Both the position numbers and the translations under genes were made by a program. 64,000 nt of DNA. Source: Amoebophrya sp. A120 (Eukaryota > Protista > Dinoflagellata). Of the stretch, positions 34,201 through 45,282 are shown one piece after another. Positions within the stretch are counted from its first letter, which is position 1. Every line of letters begins with the position of its first letter. Where the stretch lies: the NCBI GenBank assembly GCA_905178155.1, contig CAJINV010000009.1, positions 124,001 to 188,000 of the forward strand, given 5' to 3'. The notes under the pieces are model-generated. The model saw only the letters and a list, made by a program, of their open reading frames with translations, was not told the origin of the DNA and searched no databases.

Positions 34201-37200
34201 AGTGACGACAGAGGAGATTTCCGTTGAAAACGGATTGAAGGAGATCGGGGAGGGTTTGTTTCCGGCTGAAGACGAAAGCAAGGTCGAAGAGCTTCTGGAA
34301 GAGGGGCTGGCGACTATCGGGGACATGGGCATGATGGACAAACTGATGCTCGCCATGAAAGCCGATGAGTTTCTGAAGGCGGAAGACCCGGAGGAGAAGG
34401 CGCAACTGAAGCAAGACCTCGCCACGAGGCTAGACATTACGCCCGCCGAAGCGGACCTCTTGGCCGCCCACTTGCTCAAACACCACGAGGAAGGGACGTT
34501 GGTGGACCGGCTAAGGCCCTGGTTAGATGAGCAAGGGTTTGGACACTTGGTGAGTAGTTCAGCTTCGTCTTTCGTGTCGAAGAAAGTTGTAAATGCGATC
34601 GCAGGCGGCGTCGGAAGTGTCAGGACCACTCGAAGAAACATCAAAATCACGCCAGCAAAGACGCGCCAGTCTGACGTTCCAGATACGCACATGAAAGAAA
34701 AAGAATTTCGTACAACTTCCCGGCTTTTGAAGAAAGAAAAGCAAAGAAATTCAAAATCATTCTCTCCCGCAAGGACTTCCTTTTTGGAACATTTCGCGGA
34801 TCAGACAAGAGCTCACGAACTGTCTTCCGCGGCGGTATTTGAGAGGAAAACGAGTTTTTTGCGACGCGGACTCGCAATCACAATTGCAGGGAAAGAAGAG
34901 GTTTTGGGTGCAACGTCAGGGAGAAGAAGCTCTCTGCTGAGCCGTGGGACTACAGCATCAGATGACTCGTCGGACGCCGAAATAAAGGGCGATCAAGCTG
35001 CACAGGAGGGTGAGGAAAATGAAGATGGACATGACCACGACAAAAATGGAGATTCTGCCCACGACAGTGAAGACGGCATTTCCGCCCTGGAGCATGAACA
35101 ATCTCAGCAAACTGCGCACGAGGACCAGCACAGTGAAAACGGACCTGACGGAGATGATGACCATACCTCCTACGACCTGGACGAGATCCGGGACATCATC
35201 AAGAACCCGACGGACCGCATCGGGCAGAAGCAGGACGACGCGCTGCTGGACACGTTGCGCATCCTGAACGTGAAGCGCAACGTGGAGAAAGCGGCGCTGA
35301 AAGAGCCGGTGTTCAAGCAGTTCGACCGTTTTTTCCAGATGCTCAACCTCCGCCCGATGATCGATGCGGACCTTGAGGAGGCCTTCGAGGCTGAGGAGCA
35401 GGAGGAGGAGCGGAAAGCGAAGGAGGAACTTGAAGCGCTGCTGAAAGAGAACAAAACGGAAGGGGCGGGCCCGTCCTCCGCCTCCTGCTGCGGCGAAAAG
35501 GCAGAGGAGGAGGAGGAGAAAAAACCAGAACCGCTTAGCACCCTGATCCGGTACAACGTGCCCTGGGGAACCGGCACGGAGAGTCTCCAGCTCCTGCAAG
35601 CGTTCATCTTTTTGGTGGTGGAGGCGTTGACCATTTGGTTCACGTTTTTACTGCCCCTGTCCTTCCTGTACCGGTTGTTTGGGTCGTCGATCTTCGAGGA
35701 GCGCGAGAACAAAATGATGGAGATGCAGCTAATCTACGGCTTAGACAAATCGACCTACTGGCTGGCGAATCTGGTGTTCTTCTGGCTGATTCTGGGAACG
35801 CCCTTCCTCGTGGCGCACTGGCTAAACCTGAAGATGCTCAGCGACGTGCTCCCCGGGGAGCACTGGCAGCTGCCGCGCGGGGACACCAACGAGAAAATGT
35901 GGCACGAGCCGTATCCGCCGGCCTCGGAGTCGCTGATTTCCGTTTCGAGTAAAGCGATTTACCAAAAATTTGACAACCACGGATTGCGACGGCTGTTCGC
36001 GCCGGAGGAACTGAATTTCACCCCGTGGATTCCGATTTTCCCGCCGCTAGCGGCCTTACTCGCAGCGTCTACCCTCGCGATCAGTGTCGAAAAGCGGGAG
36101 AAATTCGAGTCCATCCTCGGCACGCTTTCCGGGTTGGGGAATCTGATGATCCTCGGGGCGTATGTGTTGATTGAGATCCTGTTCCCCACGAGGCTCTCCT
36201 TCTGGCCGACGGCGGTCGCCGGCGCGTTTGGCGTGTCCGAACCGAAGCAGGATGTGGTCTACGACCCGTCGTTATCAAATGCAAAAATGTCTGGGCCTGG
36301 AAGAGTTGGAACTTGTCATGCGAATTCTGGAATAGGCAAAAATTTGTATTGCATAAGCACCAAAAGCTTCCCATTTCTTTCTACGCAAATAGGGAATTTC
36401 TCATGCGTGATAGACATCAGGAGGCCTGCGCAAAACCTGTATTATGCTTTTGCGTGCATTAGAGACCAGTTGCGTGATCCAGAAGATGCATGACAAACTC
36501 CTGCAATCTTCCAGACCCAGACACTTTTGCATTTGATAGTCGCTCCCGCGGCCGCCGGAGCCGTGCAGCAGCGCGTACGACTGGCAAACCGTGAACCACA
36601 TTCTCTCCTTCGGGCTCGGGGTCACCGTCCCGGGCTACAGCTACCTCCGGATCGTCGAGCGGGGGCTGAACCTCATGCGCGCCACGGAGCTCGCGCGGCA
36701 CAAGGGGGCGGAGAGCGGCGAGAGCTCGCTGCTCGCGACCCCGAAGTACTGGAACATGGGGCTGCGGGGGCACAGTCTGTACAACTGTGCGCGGAACAAC
36801 GAGATGTCGCCACCAGAGTGGACGCAGCGGCAGAAGCCGATGCTGAACATTTTGAAACTGTCGAAACTCCCCTGGTATCAAATGCAAAAATGTCTGGGTC
36901 TGGAAGAATGCGCGATTTGTCATGCAGCTTTTCCATGACCATGAGGTCTGGAATGCAGGACCTAGCATGACAGATTCTGTGCGATCTCTCTCATGCCTAT
37001 CCTACATGACAAACTCCCTCACGACTTGGTCAAAACTGGACGACCTTTGGTAATCCTGCAACACAGATTTTTGCATGCTTGAGATTTAGCATGACAAGTT
37101 GCATTCTTCCAGACCCAGACATTTTTACAATCCATACCTGGGTCTGGGACGACGAAGCGAAGCTGGAGGAGTACGTGAACAACGCCGGCGCGACGGACTT

Positions 37201-40200
37201 GGCGCACCACCTCGGCCCGGAGTACTGGGTGCCGGTCACGCTGGAGTATCTCAGCTTGGTCTTGAACGTGCTGTTTTGGGGTTGCGCCCTGCTCTACGCG
37301 GAGAGAAGGCGACACAGGGCGGAGGCCGGTGATCACAGGGAAGCGGATGCTGAGACCGCGAAGAATGCTGTAAATGCAGCTCCAAACAAGGGTGGCATCC
37401 TGGATTCGCAGGGGAATCCCTCTATCGCACTCAAACTGGTCGAAATGACCAAGACGTTTGATAACGGGAGGAAGACGGCGAACGACAGGATTTCCTACGC
37501 TGTGAAGCGCGGGGAGATTTTCGGCTTGCTCGGCCACAACGGCGCGGGGAAAACGACCATGGTGTCGCAGATCTGCGGCCAGATCCCGGTCACGAGCGGG
37601 GACTGCTTCGTGACCGGACACAGCATCAAGACCTCGATCACGAAGGTCCGGCAGAACCTGGCGCTTTGCCCCCAAGCGAATCCGCTTTGGAACACGTACT
37701 CGATGCGACAACACTTACAGTATTTCGCCCGGTTACGGCAATTACCCGAGAAGGAACTGAACCAGACGATCGAAAAGTACGCGTTTCTGCTCGGTCTGGG
37801 CGAAAAGTTGGACACCAACTGCGAAAAGCTCTCCGGTGGCCAGAAGCGGCGGCTGTGGGTGCTTTGCTCTCTGCTAGGGTCAGCACCCGTTGTCATCATG
37901 GACGAGCCGACTTCTGGGATGGATCCGCAGGCGAGGCGGGATTTCTGGGTGTTGCTCAAGCGATTGGTCAAGGAGGAGCAGCGCGCGATCATTTTCAGCA
38001 CGCATTACCTGGAGGAAGCGGACTTGCTGGCGGATCGGAAGTTGATTCTCGCTGGCGGCAAGGTCGTCTGCATTGGCACGTCGCAGGAGCTGAAGCATAA
38101 CTTCGGCCAGGGCTTCTGGATCCACGCCATGGTGGACAAATCTGTGTGCCAGAACAATGTCGCCTTGGCAGAGAAGATTCTACACCAAGACTTGAAGCAG
38201 ATCGTGGAAAGGGAATTGTTCGCAAACGCGGAGAAGAATATGAAACAACCGGTCACGTCATCAGAGCAGATAGAACAACAAGGTACAACTCCAGGTGGAA
38301 ATAAAAATCGGGCAACAGCTGCCGCTTTCAATCGCGTGCGGACGAAGAACCCGAAGGTTTCCGACTACTTCCTCGCGTACAGCATTCCATGGGCGGAGGT
38401 GAAGGAAATGCCGCGCATTCTGGACGCACTGGCGAATTTTGCGGAGCAGAATTACCCACCCGGCTTGGTCGAGTTCACGGTGGAACAGACCACGTTGGAA
38501 GAAGTCTTCCGGAACGCGGGGGAGCTCGCGGACCGCGAGGAGGCGGAACGGCAAGAGAGGGTTCTGCAGGCGAAGGGCGGGAGCAGAAAAAAATTGAACC
38601 AAAATGCAAGAGTTTCCCTCGCCGCGATCGAGAACGAGAAAATGAAGGATTTGGTGGACAGCAATCCGAATGATATGCTGAAGCGCGTAACCGCACGAAC
38701 GGACCAGCTGGATCTGCATAATCCGATCGACGAAGACGGAACCACAACAAACGCAAACCGCCCACCGCTGATGCCGCGCAACTACTCCTTCTTTGCCCAG
38801 GTTCTCGCGATTTGGGAATTTCGATTTTACGGAGAATACCACCAGAGACTGCTCGGTGCGCAAATCGGCGGGGCGGTGTTTCTGATCGTGTGGGTCGTGC
38901 TCTGCATCCTGGTGAAGCTGAACGTCGACGACAAACTGGAGGAGTTCATGGAAGTGAAGGAGGAGGACAAGGAGAAAACGGAGATGAAAACTTCCACCCT
39001 TGCCACGGTCATGTCCGTCGGCCTCGGCGGCGTGATCGCCCCCCTAGCCTGGCAAATGTTCGGCGCAAGCGTCGTGAAGGACAGCTACCTGCCGGAAGAG
39101 GACCACGGGCTCGCCAAGCACCTGTACTTGCACGGCATCAGCAAGCCGGCTTACCACATTGCGTCCTGCCTCCACTGGTTGTGTTTTCTCACCCTACCCG
39201 GGTTCTTCTTCTTCACGCTGTCTTTGATCATTTACTTGAACCCGGTCTATGGGTTCAATGACAGTATGATCGGGACGCTGTGGCTCTCCTTCTTCTTCCT
39301 CGGCGTCATCCTCTCCCTCTTCCCCGCCATGCTGCTCACCTCCGGCATGGTTTCCCCGGGGGGCTGGACGATGTACGTGATCCTGAACTACGCCATGGGG
39401 TTCATCCCGACGATCATCGAGCGCGTGATGCAGACTGACTCCTGGGACATGAAGAAGGGAAACACGATCGACTGCTGGGTGCTCCCCACCGCGATGATTC
39501 AGGCGGGCGTCACCTCCACCGAGCAGATTTTCAACTTCGGCGCGCCGGTCTGGTGGCCGAAGGTTTGTTTGTACTTGATCTACATCGTGTTCCCGCCCAC
39601 CGCTTTGGCGGCGAACCTGAAGGGGCTATGGAAACTGCACGCACTGGACCGGATCACGGGCAAAAAAGCCGAGCATTTCTCCGTCTGGTACTACCTCACC
39701 GGCGATGTGGAGGAGCTACCCGCGGATTTGCGCATCTCGTTCGCGGACTCCGGTCTGCCGGACAACTGCAACTCGAACTACTTCCAGGTCACGAGCAGAT
39801 ACGAGGTGCTGGCGCCGCTGTGGAGCCTGGTGTTTTACATCATTGTCGGCATTCTCTACTACAAGGTCTACCTCCCGTACTTTGGGAAGGACGCCTACCG
39901 CACGGAGCAGCAGCTGTTGCGCGACCCGGTCATCGGACTGAAGCTCGCGGAGATCCTGCACAAGAAGTTGAAGGTGCGCGTATTGAGAGGAAAAATCCCC
40001 CCTCCCCATATTAAAAAGGTATGTTTCCAAAAATTTGTGTTGCGGATTTGAGGTCACAAATCCGATCTGTCTTGTAAGAAGACAAGGGCAGAAGCTTCCG
40101 CCCCATTATGGAAGCGACTTCTCATGCTGTCTGGCCTAAAGGGGGGCCGTTTGCCATGCTGAACCACTAGACCCATACGCCCCTACCTAGCCTGGGGATC

Positions 40201-43200
40201 TCGCCGCAGTGCCTCTGTGCAATACAAAGCTGATTTGTGGCCACAAATCAGCATAACAAGTCTCCGTTTTGATATGGGGAGGGGGGATTTTTCATTTTGA
40301 TAGCGCGACACCAAAACGGGGGAGGTGGTCCGGCTGGAAAAGCTCGGCGACGATAACGACGGGGACGTGAATATCCTGAGTAAAAACGTACCCACACCAG
40401 ACTTGTAATGCAGATTTGCAAAGACAGGAAGACTTGTAATGCGCATCCCCATGAGAGCCATTTCCAATCGTGTTTTGGAATTTGTGATGCTGTGAACAGG
40501 ATGAGCAGCTGGATTTGTGACGCGGCTGCACTTGCTAACCTGCACTACACTGCAGAGTGCAACTTGTCATGCGTGACTCACAAAGCTCCTAGGTTTGTGT
40601 TGCAAAATCCCCATCCTGACTCTGGTGTGGGTAGGTTTTTACTCAGGATAGTGAATGCGAATCGCGACCCGGACGTCGTGCGAGAGGAGCAGAAACCGGA
40701 CCGGGCCGCGGAGAGCTACGCGCTGGACGCCGTTAAATTGGTGAAGCACTTCCCGCCCAGCAGCAAGGCGCTGCAGGACAGCCATAACGAGCACCACGGA
40801 ACCGCGACGGAGAACAAGTACACGGCACTGCAGCTGCAGCAGATGAACACGAAGTGGGCCACGAAAAACGTGACGTTCGGTGTCTACGAGGGGGAGTGCT
40901 TCGGCCTGCTCGGGCCCAACGGCGCGGGAAAAACAACGTTGTTTAACCTGTTATCTGGCACGGAGATGGTGGATGTCGGGAGGATTTCGATTTACGGACA
41001 AGACTGTGTGAACACGAAGGAAGCGAGCTACACGGTGGGTTCCTTCCCGCAGGCCGCGCGGGAAAAGATGGGCCTGGCGCTATCAAATGTAAAAATGTCT
41101 GGGTCTGGAAACTTGTGATGCTAAAAGTGAACGAGAGTTCCACTGCAATACGGAGCCAAGCATGACAAATTTTTTGGGCTCCTATGTGTTGCGTGTCCCG
41201 CATGGCAAACTGCGTGTTTGCATGACAGAAAAGAGGACCGCTTCGTGCCCATGCATCACAGATTCTTGAGTCATGTCAGACACGCATGACAAATGCAGGA
41301 ATCTTCCAGACCCAGACATTTTTACATTTGATAGGCGCCGCAGTTCGACAAACTGTGGCCGCACGTGAGCGGGAGAGCGCATTTGCGCCTCTTCTCGAAG
41401 TATGGATTGTAAAAATGTCTGGGTCTGGAAGAATGCAACTTGTCATGCTGTTTTTGGATTCTAAAAAAATTAGTGTTGCGTGACCAGCAAGAAAGGTCCA
41501 GTCTGTGCTACGCGGAGAGGGCATTTCTCATGCGGAAGGCGCATCAGGAAGCCCTCTAAAATTCTGTGATGCTAGGTCATGCATTACAGGCATGAGGGGT
41601 CATGAAAAATATGCATGACAAGTCTTGCACTCTTCCAGACCCAGACATTTTTACATTTGATACGAAGTGCTGCGGCACCTACATGCGCGAGGGCGAGTTG
41701 GATCCCGAAGCCGGGGAGAAGAGGATTAGCACGTTTCTATCCTGAGTAAAAACGTACCCACACCAGAGTCAGGATGGGGATTTTGCAACACAAGCCTAGG
41801 AGTTTTGTGAGTCACGCATGACAAGTTGCACTCTGCAGTGTAGTGCAGGTTAGCAAGTGCAGCCGCATCACAGATTCGTCTGCTCATCCTGTTCACAGCA
41901 TCACAAATTCCAAAACACGACTGGAAATGGCTCTCATGGGGATGCGCATTACAAGTCTTCCTGTCTTTGCAAATCTGCATTACAACTCTGGCGTGGGTAC
42001 GTTTTTACTCAGGATAGTTTCTCAAGCAGGTCAGCCTATCCGAGATCGACGCCGACCGGAAAACCGAAGAGTACAGCGGTGGCATGAAGCGCAAGCTGTC
42101 TGTATCAACTGTAAAAATGTCTGGGTCTGGAAGAGTCATGCTGTTTCTGCATGACACAGAAGGTCTGTCATGGAAGCTCTAGCATCACAGGTTTCGAGAA
42201 GCTTTTGCTACCGATGCATGAGAGATTTTTGTGTGTTCTGAAATGCGCATCACAGGTTACATCCTTCCAGACCCAGACATTTTTACACTTCATAGTCTGT
42301 GGCGCTCACGTTGATCACGGAGCCGAAGCTGGTCTTTTTGGACGAAATGAGTGCAGGTATTGAACACAAATAAAGTTGCGTTTTCTACATACTGACATTT
42401 TTTCGCTATGCTGGTCTGTCACTGCCATACTCAGATGTAGCGGTCAATAGAAGCGGTTATTTCTTGTTTCTGGTACCAGGCTTACTTATGCTTCCGCACC
42501 ACTACTTTCAGAAGATTAGAATGTCAAGAAAAAGAATTATCTTTCTCTCCCCACTTCAGGCGTGGACATCGTTGCCCAGCAGTCTTTGTGGCGGAAGTTG
42601 ATCAACCGGCCCAAGGGGCAGACGATCATTACGACCACACACAGCATGATGGAAGCGGACGCGACGTCGGATCGCATCGGTATTCTGGTCGGGGGCAAGT
42701 TGAAGTGCCTCGGGTCCACGCACCGCATTAAGTCGCAGTACGGTAACGGCTACCAGCTGGAGCTTCTCGTGCGGTGGAAAAAGGGTTTCACGACCCCCGC
42801 CGGCGCGGGGATGGCAAAGGTAAGCACGAGCAGCCCGCTGGTGCGACGCACGGCAAGCATTTTCGCGCTGACCGCGCCGGAAACCAAAACTGCGTCCGTT
42901 TGGGAAGATGACGATCAGCCGCTCCTGGAGGTCTCGGACGAGGAGCGACGCAGCAAAATGAGTGTGGAAAAGGAGGAGCAGGAGAAAGAGATTTTGAAGG
43001 AGCTGCAGGCGGCCATGGAGGAGGAAGATAACAGCCCCGCCACACCAACTACGCCAGATCCCGCGATGAACGTGATGCCTTTCGTCCAGAGCATTCAAAA
43101 AGCGGGAAACATCGATAGTTTCCGGCTGGAAGAGAACGGACGTCGCAGCCAGGCAGGCATCAATGAAACTGCGCCTCTGGCGGGTGTCAATGAGACCATC

Positions 43201-43998
43201 GCTCCTGGGAGCGATAACTTTAGTATCGCAGGAGACTACGATCAACAAAATATTGCAGAGGTCGAAAGAAGGCGGGAGGACATTTTAGCGTCGTCGACCG
43301 TTGGCTCACAAGCAGGAGGAGCCCCAGTGAGAGGTAGTGCGGCGACCCAGGATGATTCGATTGATATCATTCCGAGTAGTCAAACGACGAGTCTGCCTTC
43401 TGGTGCGGAAATACCGCAGATACAAATTATTCACGGGGCACAACCTGAGGGAGAGGCGGATGAGGATGCTATTTCCGCTGGAGCAGAGTCGGACGCCGTA
43501 AGCAGTCTAGCCGTGAGCAACGAGATACTCTCGTCTGCCCCACCACCACCACCTGGTGCGCCAGCCGCTGTTGCGGCCGAAATCGTGGTCGCAGCAGCAG
43601 CTCCAAGAAGAACTACTGTCGCAAGAATCGAGCCGGCAACGGCGGACATCCTGGACGAGCGGATATTGATGCAATCTCTGATGCAGCATACTCCCCTGGA
43701 AGCGGAAGACATCTCCTTGAGTGAGAAAATGCTTTTCCAGACCGCGAATGCGGAGGGGGCGACGGAAACAGGGGCGCTGCCGGACGAGACGCAGAAATCG
43801 TTCCGCGTGCGGGTGATCTTCAACCTAAAGAAGAAACCGGGACTGATGTCCGCCGTGTTTCGGTGGTGCATGGACGACCCGCTGCAGATCATCGAAGACT
43901 ACGGCTTCGGTGAGCCAACACTGGAGCAGGTCTTCTTGAAATTCGCAAAGGAACAGGAAACCATCGAAGAGGATAAGGGCGCTTCAACAGAGACCTGA
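31297..43998 (+). CDS. Full-size ABCA-subfamily transporter (paralog 1), 12 exons, ~3,268 aa, interrupted by 10 TIR introners and one GT-AG intron (42357-42559)
   Basis: Exons 31297-31414, 31697-31741, 31998-36271, 36543-36875, 37142-39980, 40308-40371, 40656-41080, 41339-41400, 41668-41737, 42022-42102, 42300-42356 and 42560-43998 sum to 9,807 nt in frame. NBD1 has GHNGAGKTT, LSGGQKRRL, DEPTSGMD and THYLEEA. NBD2 has GPNGAGKTT, YSGGMKRKL and DEMSAGVD. C-terminal PTLEQVF. Colinear with the neighbouring paralog. Confidence 0.92.
31415..31691. mobile_element. Introner/MITE family B, 277 bp, TSD CTGGA
   Basis: Ends TATCCTGAGCAAAAACGTCCCCAC and GTGGGGACGTTTTTACATAGGATA. CTGGA at 31410-31414 and 31692-31696. 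Removal gives IQYW-INQE. Confidence 0.93.
31742..31992. mobile_element. Introner/MITE family A, 251 bp, TSD CTACG
   Basis: TIR TATCAAATGTAAAAATGTCTGGGTCTGGAA / TTCCAGACCCAGACATTTTTACATTTGATA. CTACG on both sides. Removal gives NDYY-GNTD. Confidence 0.95.
36273..36538. mobile_element. Introner/MITE family A, 266 bp, imperfect TSD GTCGT/GTCGC
   Basis: TATCAAATGCAAAAATGTCTGGGCCTGGAAG ... CTTCCAGACCCAGACACTTTTGCATTTGATA. Removal gives YDPS-LPRPPEPC in frame. Confidence 0.93.
36876..37136. mobile_element. Introner/MITE family A, 261 bp, TSD CCTGG
   Basis: TATCAAATGCAAAAATGTCTGGGTCTGGAAG ... CTTCCAGACCCAGACATTTTTACAATCCATA. Removal gives KLPW-VWDDEAK (paralog: RLAWSYEDGDK). Confidence 0.95.
39981..40302. 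mobile_element. Introner/MITE family C, 322 bp, TSD GCGCG
   Basis: TATTGAGAGGAAAAATCCCCCCTCCCCATAT ... ATATGGGGAGGGGGGATTTTTCATTTTGATA. GCGCG on both sides. Removal gives KVR-DTKTG. Confidence 0.93.
40372..40650. mobile_element. Introner/MITE family B, 279 bp, TSD GTGAA
   Basis: TATCCTGAGTAAAAACGTACCCACACCAGA ... TCTGGTGTGGGTAGGTTTTTACTCAGGATA. Removal gives GDV-NANRDPDV. Confidence 0.95.
41081..41333. mobile_element. Introner/MITE family A, 253 bp, TSD GGCGC
   Basis: Perfect 30-bp TIR TATCAAATGTAAAAATGTCTGGGTCTGGAA. Removal restores the Q-loop MGLA-PQFDKLW. Confidence 0.96.
41401..41662. mobile_element. Introner/MITE family A, 262 bp, TSD CGAAG
   Basis: TATGGATTGTAAAAATGTCTGGGTCTGGAAG ... 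CTTCCAGACCCAGACATTTTTACATTTGATA. Removal gives LFSK-CCGTY (paralog: LYAKCSGTY). Confidence 0.95.
41738..42016. mobile_element. Introner/MITE family B, 279 bp, TSD GTTTC, inverted relative to 40372-40650
   Basis: TATCCTGAGTAAAAACGTACCCACACCAGAGT ... ACTCTGGCGTGGGTACGTTTTTACTCAGGATA. Removal gives ISTF-LKQV. Confidence 0.96.
42103..42294. mobile_element. Introner/MITE family A, 192 bp, TSD GTCTG; shorter, inverted relative of 31742-31992
   Basis: TATCAACTGTAAAAATGTCTGGGTCTGGAAG ... CTTCCAGACCCAGACATTTTTACACTTCATA. Removal restores YSGGMKRKLS-VALTL. Confidence 0.95.
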
Positions 43999-45282
43999 TG
44001 AATTCGCTCAACCCTCACTCGATCGACATCAGTTTCTGGATACAACTATTTTGCGTTTCTATTTCTAATTGAATTCATCTATGTACTTACTTACTACTAC
44101 AGCACTTTTGGCCCAATTTGAATTTTCAAGGAGCGGCAGGGTTTGCTGTCTCTTTATCTTACATCACCCAGACCCAGACCCACCATCACCAATTATGGAC
44201 TTCCACTTTATTCTCATACTGACTCCTGTCGGACTTACATCACAGAAACAGACATTCTTTCTATCTTCCTTCTTCGTCTTGTTTCTAAAGTACGTCTGAC
44301 GAAGAACAGCAAGCATGCATAGCAGCCGTTAGTTTAGCTTCCCCAGAAATTTTCTACATTTGGACACACGCATCTGTGCATTTTTCTCCCCTTCTGCCCG
44401 CGGCCAGTAGTATCCCCACAGAAGTTTTTCATTTTGTCATCTATGTATCTTTCCAAGAGAAGAAAAAATATTGCCGTCGACCATGGGATGTTCATATTTT
44501 GCTTCGCTTGTTGTTGTTCATCTGCGGGCTTGAGCGCGTCGCTTTGATTCATTTATTGCAGGCTCCAGGAAGAATGTGAATGCAAAAAGCCACAATCACC
44601 CGCATGTTTCGTATTGTGATTATGCATCCGAATCTTCGTCCGCTCCTGATGCAGTGAGGAAAAAATAACGGCGCTCTAACATTTTCGTGCATAGTCTGGC
44701 GATCGTTCTTCTTTAGTGTCGTGTCAAATTTCAGTTGTGATACATCTTGGATCGTTCGTATTCTTCGTCTTCGTGCGTCCTTCGACGGTATCGCAAGTAC
44801 AGCTCCTGTTTCTGTTTCACAATGTCAGGATCTCTTGAGGCCCTTTCGTTACACTTACATTGGCAGGATGAAGTAGCATTCCTAGAAGTGAAACCCATAT
44901 TTTTACCCCATTTGAATTACGAAAAAAAATCCACCCGCTATGTAAATTCACTATAGCTGCATCTCGACGATGAATATTGTGAGTCGGTGTCTGCCCTCAA
45001 TAACTACAATAAAATTTTACAGGAGACAGAGTCACGAGAGCCCGTACATGGGTGACTAGTACCTAAGTACACTTCCTTGTTAGTTATGATGTTTCGTACC
45101 TTGTGTTACTATGCAATTTGACAATAGAGCTCGTTTCGCCACGGCGTAGATCCTACTCCAATATTATCCCACAGAGCTAGTTCTTGATTTGACAAGGCCT
45201 CCCTTTTATTGTTCCTTCATGCGAGAAGTCATCAAACCTTAAATCCTCCTTCATCCGTTGCTTTTGTTCAGGTCCGCCCAGC

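Noticed and set aside
31742-42294. Recurrent ~30-bp repeats separated by unique sequence, superficially CRISPR-like
   Set aside because: The repeats occur as inverted pairs with flanking TSDs, the unique segments are ABCA exons, and there are no cas genes in this eukaryotic context.
31561-42363. Small ORFs with recurring peptides (SNVKMSGSG, FQTQTFLHLI, MQICKDRKTCNAH...)
   Set aside because: They are incidental translations of the introner TIRs and interiors, with no transposase motifs and too short to be autonomous.
32024-43998. Interpreting ABCA paralog 1 as several genes or as a pseudogene
   Set aside because: Removing the elements gives one continuous in-frame CDS with intact catalytic motifs, colinear with paralog 2.
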